Shown piece after piece: positions 13,901 through 28,229 of a stretch of DNA of 64,000 nucleotides. Made by a program: the position numbers and the translations under genes. Below the pieces are notes generated by a model that saw nothing but the letters and a program-made list of their open reading frames with translations, did no database searches and was not told where the DNA came from. Every line of letters begins with the position of its first letter. Positions within the stretch are counted from its first letter, which is position 1. Origin of the DNA: Octopus vulgaris (Eukaryota); assembly GCA_951406725.2 (NCBI GenBank), contig OX597823.1, positions 73,408,001-73,472,000 of the forward strand, given 5' to 3'.

Positions 13901-15574
13901 TTATTAGCAATATTTTATCAAAGCTGGTGTGATGATAGGCAAACTTCTATCCGACAAAAAAGTAAAAATATTTCATTTACCTAAAATAATATTATATCTG
14001 TACGAAACGTGCTAAATTGGGTTTAAACAATATTTTCACTGCGTACGTTTAATACCTCCAACTATTTCCATTTTCTTTATACTTAGAGTATGTTAAAGTA
14101 CAAATATCTTATATATACACCTTGCTTTAATAAATAGTATGAGACAATATTATGAGATAACAGAGTATCCATCATTGGCGATATGTAGGCACACTATTCG
14201 GCATGCCTCAGTTTACATAAGGACTCATTAAAACCCTGGAACGTGTGAGGAATTGTTACCTACAATAGCCTGTTGTCCAAATCTGTGCTTCCTTCAGAGG
14301 CACGGGTCTGTTGGATCTTAAGCATTATTAAATAGATTGACTTTATGCAAACAGAAAACCACTGAAAATATATCCCTGTACTCACTCACAATATAAAACT
14401 AAGATAAAGAAATAAAGAAAACAAACAGAAAACGTTTCTGTAAGGAGAACATAGAAAAAGAAATTAATCTAAGAGGACGTGACATATCGAGAATAAGTGA
14501 CATTCAAAATATAACATCCGAAATAGCACCACGAAAAAATACTTTAAAATATAAGATTATGTGCCAGAACAAGTAACAAATAAATAACCAGAGGATATCC
14601 TTAGATAATTAGAAACATATAACAAGACATCTACAATTAGTATCGACAAGATAGAGTTTTAAAAATAGTGCTGCTTCTATTCATTTTGGAAAGACGAAAC
14701 AAAATTCTTCGTAAAAGAAATAATCCTATTAACTGTATGCACATACAACCTCGCAAACACACCAGAAGGATCAGCGTAGCAATGGCCCATGAAAGAAAAG
14801 AAATAACACAAATAGAATTCCGAAGAAAAATATCAGTTAACTAAAAAAAAAAAAAAGTATCGATCATCTATTGAAATCCTGAAAGCAGAAATGTTAACAA
14901 TGAATGAGGTAAAATAATAGGGAAAAAACAGTAGAGCATCAAGAAAGGAATAAAGAGTTATTCTGACATAACACAAGGTCATTTCCTCGTCAGTAAAGAT
15001 ATAATCAATTGAATTGATCTCATCGTATGTTACTGATGTGTATTTTATTGAGTGAGAATATTTAATGCTGGGTTCCGACAAAGTTTGCCTCAGCAATCCT
15101 TTTTTAAAATTTCTAGCAGTATGAAACCGTATTTTTTTTTCTCTCAGAGCCTTCATTATAAAGCATTTAATCTTCTTGGATTAAACCTCATGTTTCGTTC
15201 CGAGAATATCAAAAAGTATAATCTGTGGCAGGCAATAACTGCGTCGGCAACTACAATCTGTGTAACAAATAGAAGAAAAGATTAATTAAGAAACAAAAAT
15301 CTGTAAGGCCTGGATAAAGTACTCAACAACAACTGAGAACTTGATCCCATGTTACAAATCGATATTAACACAATGTGCCAATGCTCTTGTGAGTCGTTTA
15401 AATATTCACTGGTCTTATCGTGTGAGTCAGAAAACTTTTGCCAAAATAATCACCCAAAACTAATTATAAATATGAATATACTAAATACACACACACATAT
15501 ATACATACATACACATACATATACACAAACACATACACACATATATACGTATATATATATATATATATATTCTG

Positions 15575-15893
15575 AGATCCCCTTCGTTCACGACACAGAC
15601 CATGGGATTGCACCTAGAAAGTTACCCTCCCAGGCACAAGTCCGGACAAGGTTGTTTATGGAAGACCAGGAGTCGCTCATGCATACCGGCCTCCCTTCTC
15701 CACACCACCAATGTTATCCAAGGGAAAGGCAACGGCCGATACAGCTTGGTACCTCTGACGTCGCAACTCATTTCTACAGCTGAGTGAACTAGAGCAAGGT
15801 GAAATAAAGTATCTTGCTCAAGAACACAACACGCAGCCCGGTCCGGGATTCGAGCTCACAACCTCATGATCTAACCACTGAGCCATACACCTT

Positions 15894-15895
<2 letters not shown>
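15575..15895 (-). mobile_element. tRNA-derived SINE family C
   Basis: Reverse complement of the element at 33655-33993. Confidence 0.85.
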
Positions 15896-15950
<55 letters not shown>

Positions 15951-15984
15951 CACATAAATAAGTAACACTTGAAGGACAGGTGTC

Positions 15985-16070
15985 AAATCCACTACAGCCG
16001 TTTCTAACGAATGTTTTAATAGATATATGCGTACATTATATCATTATAATAAACCGTTTTCTTCAGATTT
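15985..16070 (-). ncRNA. Hammerhead ribozyme-like motif (PLE-type, weak helix I)
   Basis: Minus strand reads CTGAAGA-AAACG...CGTTA-GAAAC-GGCT-GTA; downstream TTGACACCTGT shared with the 23770 copy; (TA)n follows. Confidence 0.5.
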
Positions 16071-16188
16071 ACGCGGAGTGAAAAAAACATTCACGCGGAG
16101 AGTTTAAACTAATTCACGTGGAAAATTAGATACCTCGACAAAAAAGAAACAAAATTCTTGTTGTGCAAACTTACGAAAATCGTAAAAT

Positions 16189-16530
16189 ATGGAAGACTTG
16201 TTAGTTGGGATAGTTGAGCTGCAAAAAGAGCAACAACAACAAATGGAGGAACAACGTGAACAACAAAAAGAATTGCAGCAGCAAATATTACAAATAATGA
16301 GACTGATAACCAAGAATACATTTTCACCTGGACATGTGGTAAATTCCATAAGCGAAGTCAAATATAACCCCGAAGAAGGAGTAACTTTCGAGACTTACTT
16401 TTGAAGATTTCAACAAATTTTTAGAAAAGAATATCAGGATTGGACGGGCGATATGAAAAGACGTCTAGTGTTAAGGAAACTAACGAAAGGAGAGCATGAG
16501 AAGTATATTAACTTCATATTGCCAAAGGCA
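16189..16530 (+). mobile_element. Gypsy (Mag/K02A2.6-like) gag remnant
   Basis: Q-rich N-terminus, then KYNPEEGVTFETYF*RF...KRRLVLRKL...EHEKYINFILPK with an in-frame stop. Confidence 0.7.
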
Positions 16531-18192
16531 TATTTAATCTAAAGATGTAATTAAACTTCGTAACACCACTTTTTAAAAACTAGTACTGGCATAACAGGCT
16601 TATATACCTGCAGAGAGCAGGTGCCAAGCATGACATTTAACCCTAGTAAAACATTTATGAGGCTAATTGTTGACGTTTTCGAGGAAAAAACATTACTGCC
16701 ATGGCATTCAGTACATGAATGGAGTGATATGGTTAATAAATTCAAGCGTTACTTCATTTACGTAATTGCTATTGATAAAAGTACACTGATGTATTATTGC
16801 AGATCTAATAAAATATCAGCTTTAAGGAAGATCGAGCTCCTCATTATTCAGGGGAAATAATGCAAGAAAATAATGCACAGAATAGCGCAGGTTACTGAGA
16901 AAGTTCAGAGGAGAGGGAGGAGAAATGAGAAAGTGGAAAGAAAAGAAAAATACATAGATAGCAATAATCACTGTGGTTATTGCTGTCTCTATGTTTTATC
17001 TACCAGCAATTTAAGCCTATATGTCTATCAGCATTCTTAACCTATAAATATTTAGATAGAAACAGAATAGAATAAATTTATTTGAGAAAGTGGACAACGA
17101 TATTTGTGGGAAGATGGCGTAGGTATAAACAAAGAAATGCGTATACCAGACTAACGAAAGTAAGTTAGGCAGTAATCAGTGAAGGATATAAATTTATGTT
17201 ATTTAAATATTGAAATTTAAATTAGTGAGAGCAGTTATATAGTCGTTATGGAGTTGTGAGTGGAAAGGTTGGAGAAGGAGAAACAGAAGTGATAGACGCG
17301 TTAAAGTAAAACTAACAATAAAATTAATGAATTCCTAATCCCGTGGCAGGATGGTGGTGGTGGTGGTGGTGGTGGTAGTAGTAGTAGCAGCAGCAGCTTC
17401 TACTTTATGCACAAGGCCATCAGAATAGGAATATATGGATAGTAGGAATAATATGAATAATATGAATTATAGGAATATTCAGAATAGCGAGGATAGTATT
17501 TGGCTGTCACTTGATTTTGCTGACTCCGCACAGAAGAAATGCAAAGTTGACCTTCGAGAGATTTGAAGACTGAACGTAAAAGAAAGAGCCAGAATAAATA
17601 CTACGAAACATTATAGTAGTGAAAATAGAATACTGACTGACACTAATCCTGAAGTTACATTTCCTAATTATACACGCATTATTATGATTATTATTGAGTC
17701 AGAGAACCACGCATGCCATCAAATCTCAAGATTTAGGGAAACATACAGACAGACAGACACACATTCTCAGTTTTATATATATAAAGATAATGAGAACTTT
17801 GTCTGGAGTGATATACGCGGTAGTATCCAAAAGGTTACCGGACTCGTTCTGTTGCGAGTCAACACATGACAGTACACGGTCTCGTGCGCGATGAGAAATA
17901 GCAGTTAGCAGTGACCTTCATGGGTTTTTTTGCCGAGTGATATCACTGTTTACTTCGCAAGTTGTGTTAGCTGTAGTTTGCGATTTTGTCGTGGACAGGA
18001 GCAAGCTATAAAATTTAGTTTTTAGACTACCGAGGAATGTAACAATTGGGAAAGTAGTTATTTAGATTTGAAATCTAAACAGAGCATAAATAAAACGCTA
18101 TATCTTTAAGTGCGAATAATAATATAAATAGGAAATATAGTAATACCAATGATAAATATCAGAGTGAGTTATCAACAGTAGCAGAAACACAT

Positions 18193-18355
18193 TCGTGATG
18201 TAAATATGCCATTTGAATATGGCTAACCCCTAAGGGTGGGTGCTACTGTAGTTTTTAGCCCCAGGAAGACATCTCCTCCAGGAGATGTCCTAAAAACTTC
18301 TGTAGCATCCACCCTTAGGGGTTAGCCATATTCAAATGGCATATTTACATCACGA
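18193..18355. repeat. 163-bp near-perfect inverted repeat (fold-back hairpin)
   Basis: Arms of about 66 bp (TCGTGATGTAAATATGCC...GGGTGG and its reverse complement) with a central GACATCTCCT-CC-AGGAGATGTC stem. Confidence 0.95.
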
Positions 18356-18369
18356 TATAGTAATACCAC

Positions 18370-19320
18370 TTTTATGAAAACTAGAAATAGAAATATAACA
18401 TAGTATCGTCTTCAATATTCATTGCAAATTTCGACTACCATGCCGAAAAGATCTTTTCAGTATTTAAGAAAATTTCCTGCTACATTTTGCATTCAATCAA
18501 ATTCTCAATACTTGTTAACCTATTATATGTGACCTTTAATTTAGCTTGTAACATTGTTAAATTTTATATAAACTTGACAAAGAATTATAATTATTGAACA
18601 ACTTGTACATAACCATCGTATGATTATAATAATAATGTGAATAACAACCCTTTGAGTAGTTCTAGAAATAACCCTATTAATAAGGGTGTGGTAGATACTA
18701 ATACTGTAACTCTATCGCAAAATTATCATCATTAGAAATAGAAACAAAATAGCAACACTAAAATAATTAATAATGGTAACACTTTTAGCAATGATTACAG
18801 TATACAGGTATCTGATATTGCACCTACCAACACAGCTGAAGAGCAAAAAGTTCTGCCACTGGGTCCATATCACCTACCACGACTAATTTGTATATGTAAG
18901 TTGTAACAAGTAGCTGTAATTTTAGAATCCCTAAAAAATGTCCACTTAATGGGAACTGTCAACGGACACTCGTAATATCGTTTTTATGTACCCATCCATA
19001 ATACAAATAGACGATTTATAGGTTCAGCCTCAAACCACTTCAAAATTAGTTAATCTATGCACAAACACTTTATGTCCAATTTAAAATAAATTTATTCATC
19101 ACTAGCTGAGTACACATGTTGCTTGAAATCTAAAGCTATTGATTTTTAAACTCGAATGGAAAATCAACAATTCAGCAAGTGCATATCAAGATGAAATATT
19201 TGAATACCACTTGTTCATATGTGAAGCACTAGAAATTTTATTGGCAGATAAAAATTTATTAAGCAAAAGAATGAAATATTAATTAGCTGTAACCAGAAAG
19301 TTCCAAGACACTTTATGTGT
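18370..19320 (+). mobile_element. Decayed Penelope-like element, C-terminal GIY-YIG region (Naiad/Neptune-like)
   Basis: RNRNIT.Y motif, FIGSASNHFKI..HKH, SSLAEY...LK, and EALEILLADK.LL.KRNEI...C-like terminus, read across frameshifts. Confidence 0.55.
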
Positions 19321-20301
19321 CGCATAATTAGAAATCTGGTTAACAGCTAAGTATTTCACTTTCACCTACTTTAATATACTCTGTTCTTATAATGAAAAAC
19401 TCGAAAGTAGTGCACTGAGTAACAAATCTTAATATTGTATTCCTATGATTAGTCTAATTGCTACACACATTTAGCAGTTAACAGATTTCGTTCCATGTAT
19501 TACACCCAAGGAATGAGATTTTACGAAGAAATGATTTCTTGACTTGATTATATAAATATCTTATCTTATTAAGATCTTCTACATTGTATTTCAAAGCACC
19601 TAAGTTTTAATGCACAGAGTCTTTAATTACTAACAAAAACAAAAGATTTATTTGTCGGTCTGTAATTTATATAGCTTATTACCTTCAAGGATCTCTGCGT
19701 GTTTGCAAGTGTACACACACACACACACACTCACACACATACACTCATGTATATATATGCATATATGTTTATAATCATAGATGTATGTATTCATCGATAA
19801 ATATCTCTATGCATGCATGTATATATGAACGCGTATGAGTGTGTGTATATGTGTGTATTCATGTATGTATGTAGGTATGTAGGTAGGTAGGTAGATAGGT
19901 AGGTAGTTAGGCAGGTAGGTAGGTAGGTACGTACGTACGTAGGTTTATAAGTGTAATTTTATGAAATGTCATAAAAATACGATGGGTTGCAGTTTGTTAA
20001 TGTGGGTAAATATTCGTCAGTTTATATGCGTGTGTATACGCATATATGTATATATAACTGATGATCGAAAAGTGTCTGGATCGGTATATATTTATTCTGG
20101 TTGTATGAATAAATGTGTGTATATGTCTGCTTTCATGTAGATGTCTATTTATACATATAGTCAGATGCACAAGCAAGTATAAGTATGTATAGTTCTGATT
20201 GCTCATATGCAAATATATCTGTGCACGAGAACTGTTTATCTACTTCTATACAAATGGATACGTATTTGTTCTTTAACTGTGTATAGAGCTATGTGCATAT
20301 A

Positions 20302-20380
<79 letters not shown>

Positions 20381-20507
20381 GCACACGTTTATGCATATAT
20401 TTTACGGATATATTAGTGTGTATGAGCCATGCACACATATATTTGTAGATATAGATATATCTGTATGTGTGTGCGTATGCATGTGTGTGCGTCTGTACCT
20501 ATGCATA

Positions 20508-20543
<36 letters not shown>

Positions 20544-20743
20544 TCTCTCTCTCTCTCTCTCTCTCTCAACTTGTATGCGTGTATCCGTACTTGTGTAATT
20601 TGATCTCGGTGCATTATAAAACTATGTTCATTTATGCTTGTTTCTACGGAGAATTCTTCGAAGAATGTATGCATCTGTTATTCCATAATAGTCTGGAGAA
20701 ACTATTCATGCAGGCACACAAACATACACATATACGCTTGCAC

Positions 20744-20790
<47 letters not shown>

Positions 20791-21066
20791 CACATCCTGT
20801 ACCACGATGTCTCTATGTATAAGAACGCATTTGTTTGTATTATCAGTATATCTATATATATATAAATTACATTTACTGCAATCCTGGCACGTTATCCCAA
20901 ATGCATTTAGACAGTCGCAAACATCCGTCTAGTTAGGCCATCAGTGTCTGATTAATATCTCACTTGTCAACGAGCATGCAGCTTTGTGACCAATAACTTC
21001 GATTTCCATATCTCTATGCTACAGACATTGTGTCTGCAATTTATTACATGATTCCATCATTGATTC

Positions 21067-21116
<50 letters not shown>

Positions 21117-21642
21117 ATGTATTATATGTATGTATTTATGTATGTATATCGTCTGTAAATCATAAATCCGAAAGAGAAGCACTCTAAGTTATAGGGCAGT
21201 AGAATATTTAGAGAATGTCAGTTATGGCCGGTTCACAGGGTTACCCAGTGTTTCATATCCATACAGCGCATAGCTTTACACAAGTTTCTTCGAGCCCTAA
21301 ACGCCGGTGGCCTATAACCCCTCTTCGAACAGGAGGGAGAAAAAGCTCCCTGGCTAGTTTTCAAGAACACAAAGAAGAAAGGTCAAGCGTAAAGGATTGT
21401 CTCTCTTAGACCACTATCCGGAATCCACCCAGTTAGGTTACGGGGAGCCAAGATTTCAGTAGGAATCGCCTAAAGTGTAAACAATATACGAATTCTTCTG
21501 TCCTGGAATTTAAGATGTTCTTTAATATTCTCGCCCGTTCGGTGATGTACTTGCATAGCAAGTGACTTGATCTGAGATCGTGTATTGAAACAAAAACAAT
21601 TGAAGCGTAGATGTTCGTAAAACATTCAAGAACATACAAAAA

Positions 21643-21824
21643 CCCTTAGTTTGACGGCACTACTTAAATACAGAGGTCCCGATTCATCTGCGTAACGATA
21701 TGAAGGAAAGTGTTAGTTTTTAGGGTCAGAGTTAGTTAGGGTTAGGGTGCCATTACACGTCCAGACAACATACATTTAAAATATTTTGTACGTAATACCC
21801 GTATTAAAGTAGTACCGTTAAGGG
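21643..21824. mobile_element. MITE-like element with ~20-bp TIRs and internal TTAGGG repeats
   Basis: ACGGCACTACTTAAATAC vs GTATTAAAGTAGTACCGT; internal TTAGGGTTAGGG. Confidence 0.55.
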
Positions 21825-22751
21825 ATCTCTCTTTTTAAGTATTACTAGTTTCACTTCAACATTAAAATTTCATTTATGTCAAAATATTTTCGTCGCTTTA
21901 AAATCGTGACCTGTTTACTGAAAAAAAAGCTTCACAAAAGTGATACAGCACGAAATTTTGTCATTTTGTCATTCATTGTCTTTCATTTATGCGTATGTGT
22001 ATCTATGTGCGCGCGAGTGTGTATTGGTATGTGTGAGTGTGTGTCCGTGTGTGTGTGTGTGTGTGTCACTGTTGAAGTCGCTCGTGCAACTTTGTGTATA
22101 TATTCGCTTTGGGGTATAGAAGGTTTGGAAATTGAATAAGGTGCAAGTTCCGAGTACTTGTAACATTTTTCTCCTCGTCTTCTAATAGTAATTACTCAAC
22201 ATTCTAGGCTCTTCTCTCAGCTATCCCACGTTCAAAAATTATACGGGCATTTTTTAAAAAATTCATTCAATAAATAATGTTTTTACATTAATAGAATAAA
22301 CTAGCGGCTTTCTGAACAGCGAATTAAAACTTAAAAGGGAAAAGGAGAGACTTTGCAAATGAAAATGGAATACTCTACAGTGAGTGCAATAAATATTTAA
22401 ATCTGTGAAGAATTGGATGCAGTGAATGCAATAAGTATTTAAATTTGCCGAGAAATTGGATTTAAAAAAATTCAATAAACTTGAGAAATCGAAATTAAAG
22501 GAAATTTCTTAGAACATGAATTTATAAAAATATTTCCAGACCTTTTGATAATTGCTTTCTTTTAGTACTTTTAGTAATTGTCAGATACCTAATTAATAAG
22601 CAATTTCTCCATATAGCATTGACTATTCTACCTAGATCAGTGTCTTTGATATATTTTAGAAATATTTTATAAACCTATTTCCAAAGGTATCTTTATCTTT
22701 ATTTTATATTTTTTCAATTAGTATTTGATGCACTTATTATAATTTTTTATA

Positions 22752-23192
22752 TAGTAGGAGTGGCTGTGAGGTAAGTAGCATGCTTACGAACCACATGGTT
22801 CCGGGTTCAGTCCCACTGAGTGGCACCTTAGGCAAGTGTCTTCTACAATAGCCTCGGGCCGACCAAAGCCTTGTAAGCGGATTTGGTAGACGGAAGCTGA
22901 AAAAAGCCTGTCGTATATATGTATTTATATATATGTATATATATATATATATATATGCACGTGTGTGTGTACGTTTATGTGTGTGTGTTTGTGCCCCCCC
23001 CCCCCCCAACATCATTTGACAACCTATGCTGGTATGTTTACGTCCCCGTAACTTAGCGGTTCGGCAAAAGTGACCGATAGAATAAGTACTAGGCTTACAA
23101 AGAATAAGTCCTGGGGTGGATTTGCTCGACTAAAGGCGGTGTTCCAGCATGGCCACAGTCAAATGACTGAAACAAGTAAAAGAGTTAAAGAG
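22752..23192 (+). mobile_element. SINE family B (CORE-like domain, internal microsatellite, LINE-derived tail)
   Basis: TGGCTGTGAGGT A-box, GGTTCAGTCCC B-box, CACCTTAGGCAAGTG core, tail GGCGGTGTTCCAGCATGGCCACAGTC. Confidence 0.85.
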
Positions 23193-23766
23193 TGTTATAA
23201 TAATAACATATCTAAGAATACTTTTCAATATACCAATATGATTTATAATCCTTATTTCATGTTATCTTATTTCGATATATTCTTATTTTTATACCTGTTA
23301 AGTATTGGCCACCCTTATCTTTCCTTCTTATAGGTACCACCTCTTCCCCATCAATAATTCTCTTTCTAGCAGCTATACGATATATCCTCTTATGTAGATA
23401 AAGCTAGATAAATGGTTCTAGTACAATGAGGGTTTAGTGGATTGTCTGACATCAATTGATTTATCACTGTCAACTAGAATACAGCTGACAACTCCCAATG
23501 GATTTAATTCTAAGTGGTTGAAGACTACATGCTACATAGTATATTCTAAATTATAAGTAATTACGTCACCACTCCTTTGTATTGACACCCCACTATGTTC
23601 CTCTTCTACTTTCTAAATCATATTCGGCTTAGTAAGATATGCATTATTTTCTAAACTCATTCTGCCACAGATATAACACAAGGAAACAATGTAATTATTT
23701 TGGTTTCTATTATTGATGTAAATTTGTTAAAAATGTTTTATCTTTTATGTTTGAAATCTATATAGT

Positions 23767-23849
23767 CATCTGAAGAGAGCGGTTTCTTTCAGATTGATGC
23801 AATGGTTTCGTTAATCAATTAAATAGAGCCGCTTGAAACGGCCGCAATG
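23767..23849 (+). ncRNA. Degenerate type I hammerhead ribozyme (PLE-type)
   Basis: CAT-CTGAAGA-GAGCGGTTT...GAGCCGCTT-GAAAC-GGCC-GCA-ATG; the cleavage triplet is GCA instead of NUH. Confidence 0.6.
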
Positions 23850-24247
23850 TATTGACACCTGTACATCTCTGTTATTTATTTACATTCTATTCACCTAACT
23901 TGGAATCTGCACTTCAGAAACGATATAAAAAGTAGCTTTATAAAGAATACATGACTGAATTACCAAGAGCCGATATCTTCACTTAGCTGGGTTGCGCTGT
24001 CTGCACACACGACAGGAATATTAGGTACAAACACCCCTACATGGGGTCTTGATATTCAATATTCAAATTATATAGTGCGCGAACTATATTGAACTGGCAA
24101 GGTACCTCAATTTAAGTACCTAATTCAACAGAATTTTAATTATATTTTATACATATATAAATTAGAAACATTGGCACATCATATATATGTGTGTATGTAT
24201 GTATGTATGTATGTATGTATGTATGTATGTATGTATGTATATATATA

Positions 24248-24295
<48 letters not shown>

Positions 24296-24298
<3 letters not shown>

Positions 24299-25050
24299 TG
24301 TTTACAATAATGAATAAATCACAATTATAACGGAGAGGGTTGCAAAACCTTTACATGTTTAGAAATAGCAGTCTAAAACCACTATGAAGCCATTGTTATC
24401 ACTCTATTTTATCTCCTCGCAATAAAACTGTCTACGAGCAACATGACATATAAAATCCACAATTTAAAAACAAAAGGTTAATTCTCTATTGCAATTTCGA
24501 AGTTAGGAACCTATTATAACATATTATATACCGTATCGTAAAATAACGGATATAAGCAAAATAATGAGATTTATTCATAATTATAAACACTTTTTTAATG
24601 TAATTTACCATTACATGTTTGGTCAATGGTATATTCATAAATAGTTGCTAATTGTTTATGATATATCCTTCGCAATGTATTTTTAAATTCCTATATATAT
24701 ATATCTATATCCTCTTCCGTTCTCTTTTTTTTCTTCCTACAAAAACTTTATTTCTGTTCACACATTTAAACTAATGTTAAGATATACCTTAATATTCCAC
24801 AAATATACACGATTACGCCACAACTACTTTGCAACCATATTGCCTCGTCCACATGAGGAACTAAAAATTACATAATAAGTATTGGAAAAACTCATGAACT
24901 TTACAGCTTCGTGAAGGCGGTTAAAGCTAAAGTTGGAAGTGACTATCAATATTTTGTAAAATATAATATATGATTTTCTATTTAACGATAATGAATGATA
25001 TTCTAGCCAATGTTTGATTGTTTTTTGACATGTTGCTATATATGAAAACA
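24296..25050 (-). mobile_element. Decayed Penelope-like element ending at (TA)n
   Basis: Frameshifted IDSHF, VYxxxT and GIY-YIG-like residues on the minus strand; remnant hammerhead (CGAGGA...CTATTTC-TAAAC-ATGTA) at about 24340-24420. Confidence 0.4.
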
Positions 25051-25149
25051 AACGTTCATATATTATAAGTATTTATATGTACGTATGTATGTATGTAATG
25101 TATGTATGTATGTATGTATGTATGTATGTATGTATGTATGTATGTATAG

Positions 25150-25565
25150 TCTTTACTCTCTTTTACTCTTTTACTTGTTTCCGTCATTTGGCTGCGGCCA
25201 TGCTGGAGCACCGCCTTTCGTCGAGTAAATCGACCCCAAGACTTATTCTTTGTAAGCCTAGTACTTATTCTAACGGTCTCTTTTGCCGAACCCCTAGGTT
25301 ACGGGAACGTAAACACACTAGCATCGGTTGTCAACCGATGTTGGGGGACAAACAGACACACAAACGTATACAGACGCATATACATATATATACATATATA
25401 TGATGGGCTTCTTTCAGTTTCTGTCTACCAAATCCACTCACAAGGCTTTGGTCGGCCCGAGGCTATAGTAGAAGACACTTTCCCAATGTGCCACGCAGTG
25501 GGACTGAACCCAGAACCGTGTGGTTCGTAAGCAAGCTACTTACCACACAGCCACTCCTACGCCTA
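25150..25565 (-). mobile_element. SINE family B
   Basis: Reverse complement of 22752-23192. Confidence 0.9.
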
Positions 25566-26383
25566 TATATGTACATATGATATTAATGAGAACGGTACGA
25601 CATAAGAAAACTATCTTGTCACCTACTATGCAACTAAGATATTTTGCGCGCCAGCCACAGAGATACTACTAGATAACCGAACCCCTCTTAAAGCACACCT
25701 TACCGCTTTAATAAAAGAAAGGCACATTACTCAATGTATTCGTTGCCAGATATGCATAAATATGAAATGATCACGAATAGAAGAAATTTGAAGATATGTT
25801 TGACCAATCAGAGATGATTTGGATTTAAGCAACAAGAAGCAATATTATCGAATATGCATTTGAAGACAATTCCTTTTACTTACATAACTCATAAGGACGG
25901 TATAAGAATTTCGCAGTGCCTTCGCTACACTGCTATAAAATCGATAAATTTTGCTTTAATAGGAACTTAACATGAGCAATGGGATTTACATAAATATAAT
26001 TTATTACAGTTTCTTCCAAAATAAGTACATGGTCTTGTAGCTAAGAAAATCAATCAACAAAATCAGACATCCTTAGATTGGAACAGTACAAGAAGCCAGT
26101 TTGAAAAGTGGTTCTATGATTTCGTTAATTCTCTTTATCTCATCTGTCTCTCAAACAGTTTATCACTTTTAATTAACTTTAATTAACAATTTACTAAACT
26201 GTTTGTCAGTTTTAATTAACTAAAATACAATACAATTAGCCGTAGCTGTGTAATGTTTGAGGTAAGACACAAGATATAAGAAGAGTGTTTTAATTAGAAA
26301 CTGAATACACTCTCTTCTTCAATCATCCATTTTCCTTTTTAAATAAACTCAATTATGCTCTCTCCTTTTCTCTGTCTCTCTTC

Positions 26384-26425
<42 letters not shown>

Positions 26426-26509
26426 GCATACATACATACATACATGCATACACAGACAAACAGACAAACGGAAAGAGAGACAGACAGACAGATAGACAGA
26501 CAGATAGTT

Positions 26510-26545
<36 letters not shown>

Positions 26546-26965
26546 TTAAATAGATAGATAGACAGATAGATACGCGCACAAATATGTGCCCGCATATGGG
26601 CATATGGGCATATGGGCATATGCACGTGAAAAGTATAAAATGCAAAAACTTATTTCCACATTGTGTCCCCTTGTAATAATCCTTCGTTTGACATTTCGTT
26701 TGTATGTATGTTTGTATATCTAAATATGTATACTTAAGGTTTGAGGTTCTGATGAAACTATTAAGTTTTACTCAGACACTCAACTATGAGTTCACCGCAT
26801 CCTATAGCGGAAACAGCTGTAAGCTGATGAAGTTCATTATTGTTTATTTCTTTGTCATCTCTTATATAATTATGTATTTAGATAGATAGATATATGCGTG
26901 TGTGTGTGTGTGTGCGTGTGTATGTATACATGTGTTTACGTATGTATGTATGTGCACATACATGA

Positions 26966-28143
26966 AAGACACCCTTATAATCATTAAAATTTATTTAAAC
27001 CTGAAATTATACATTCAAATTATTTGTTAGTTGTTATAATGTGAACATTTAATATTTAGTAGACATGCTCTTTGCAATTTTCAATGCAAGGGTCCTATTT
27101 GGCATGTTACTAATCAGATGGTGAATATTCTCTTACGGAATTTCTTGCTAAGTTTCAAGCATTAATCTCAAAAGATCTGGAGTGAAAGATGCTTTCTTGT
27201 TCTGTTTATGAAATGCCCTGTCCAATATGTCCCAGAGGTGTTCAATGGGGTTCATATCTGGTGACTGGCTTGGCTATAGAAGCTTTCTAATGCCATTCGT
27301 TTCCAACAAATCTTGGGTCATTTTAACCGTGTGACAAGGAATCCCGTCTTCTATAAATTGAAAAGTTTAGAAGGAGTCTTTTCTGCAATATGGACACATA
27401 TTTATTAGAGTTTATCTTTCCCTCACACTCCACCACCTCTGATCAACCATTGCTCCAAATTGTTCCCCGTCACAGAATAGCTGCTGTGTTTCATTGCTGG
27501 TTGCAATCTTTTAACATCAAATTCTTGATCACAGAGTCGCCAGACCCACACTCGAACACTGTTAGGAAATACAGCAAATCTGGACTCATCAGAGAATATG
27601 ACAGTGTCCCAAAATGCTAATGGCCTCTCCACCATCTCACATTTCTCCGCTTCATATTGGCTGGTCAAAGATGTGGCTTAAGTCTTCCTGTGCTGCCATA
27701 GTAACCAAGATTGTGGAGATACCTGACAGCTGTTCTAGGACTGACATCAACTTGCTCTGCTGTCAGAGGTCTTGCAACGAGGATTATCCTCCACACTTCT
27801 CTTAGCAAAGAGAAGAGTCTTGTCAGAGGGCCCTGGTTAATTTGGACAAGGTGATGTGGACTCCTTCCCTTCTCTGGTGAATCGCACAATCACTCTATTA
27901 ACTGTAGAAAGCGGGATCCAAAGATTTTCTACGATTTTACGCTGACTATATCCATCTTCAAAATGACCCACAATACGGCGTCTTTGAAATCCAGACAGTT
28001 CTTTTGTACATGGCTTGATTAAACAGCCACATATAGAATCTGTAACATAAAAATGTCAATTAATAAGAAATATAAGCTTTTACAAGTTAGAATAAACAGA
28101 AAACGATGTTTTATGGGGCGTCTATTTACTTATAACATCTGTA
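26966..28143 (-). mobile_element. Tc1-like DNA transposon fossil
   Basis: FWDTVIFSDESRF, EDGIPCHTVK and SQSPDMNPIEHLWDILDR on the minus strand; weak TIR remnants at both ends. Confidence 0.85.
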
Positions 28144-28177
28144 TGTATGTATGTATGTATGTATGTATGTATGTATG

Positions 28178-28208
<31 letters not shown>

Positions 28209-28229
28209 CTCTAATCTAGTAAAAAACAA

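Noticed and set aside
14150-14980. Possible LINE APE endonuclease remnant (IIGDM.AH-like)
   Set aside because: A single weak motif, too decayed to call
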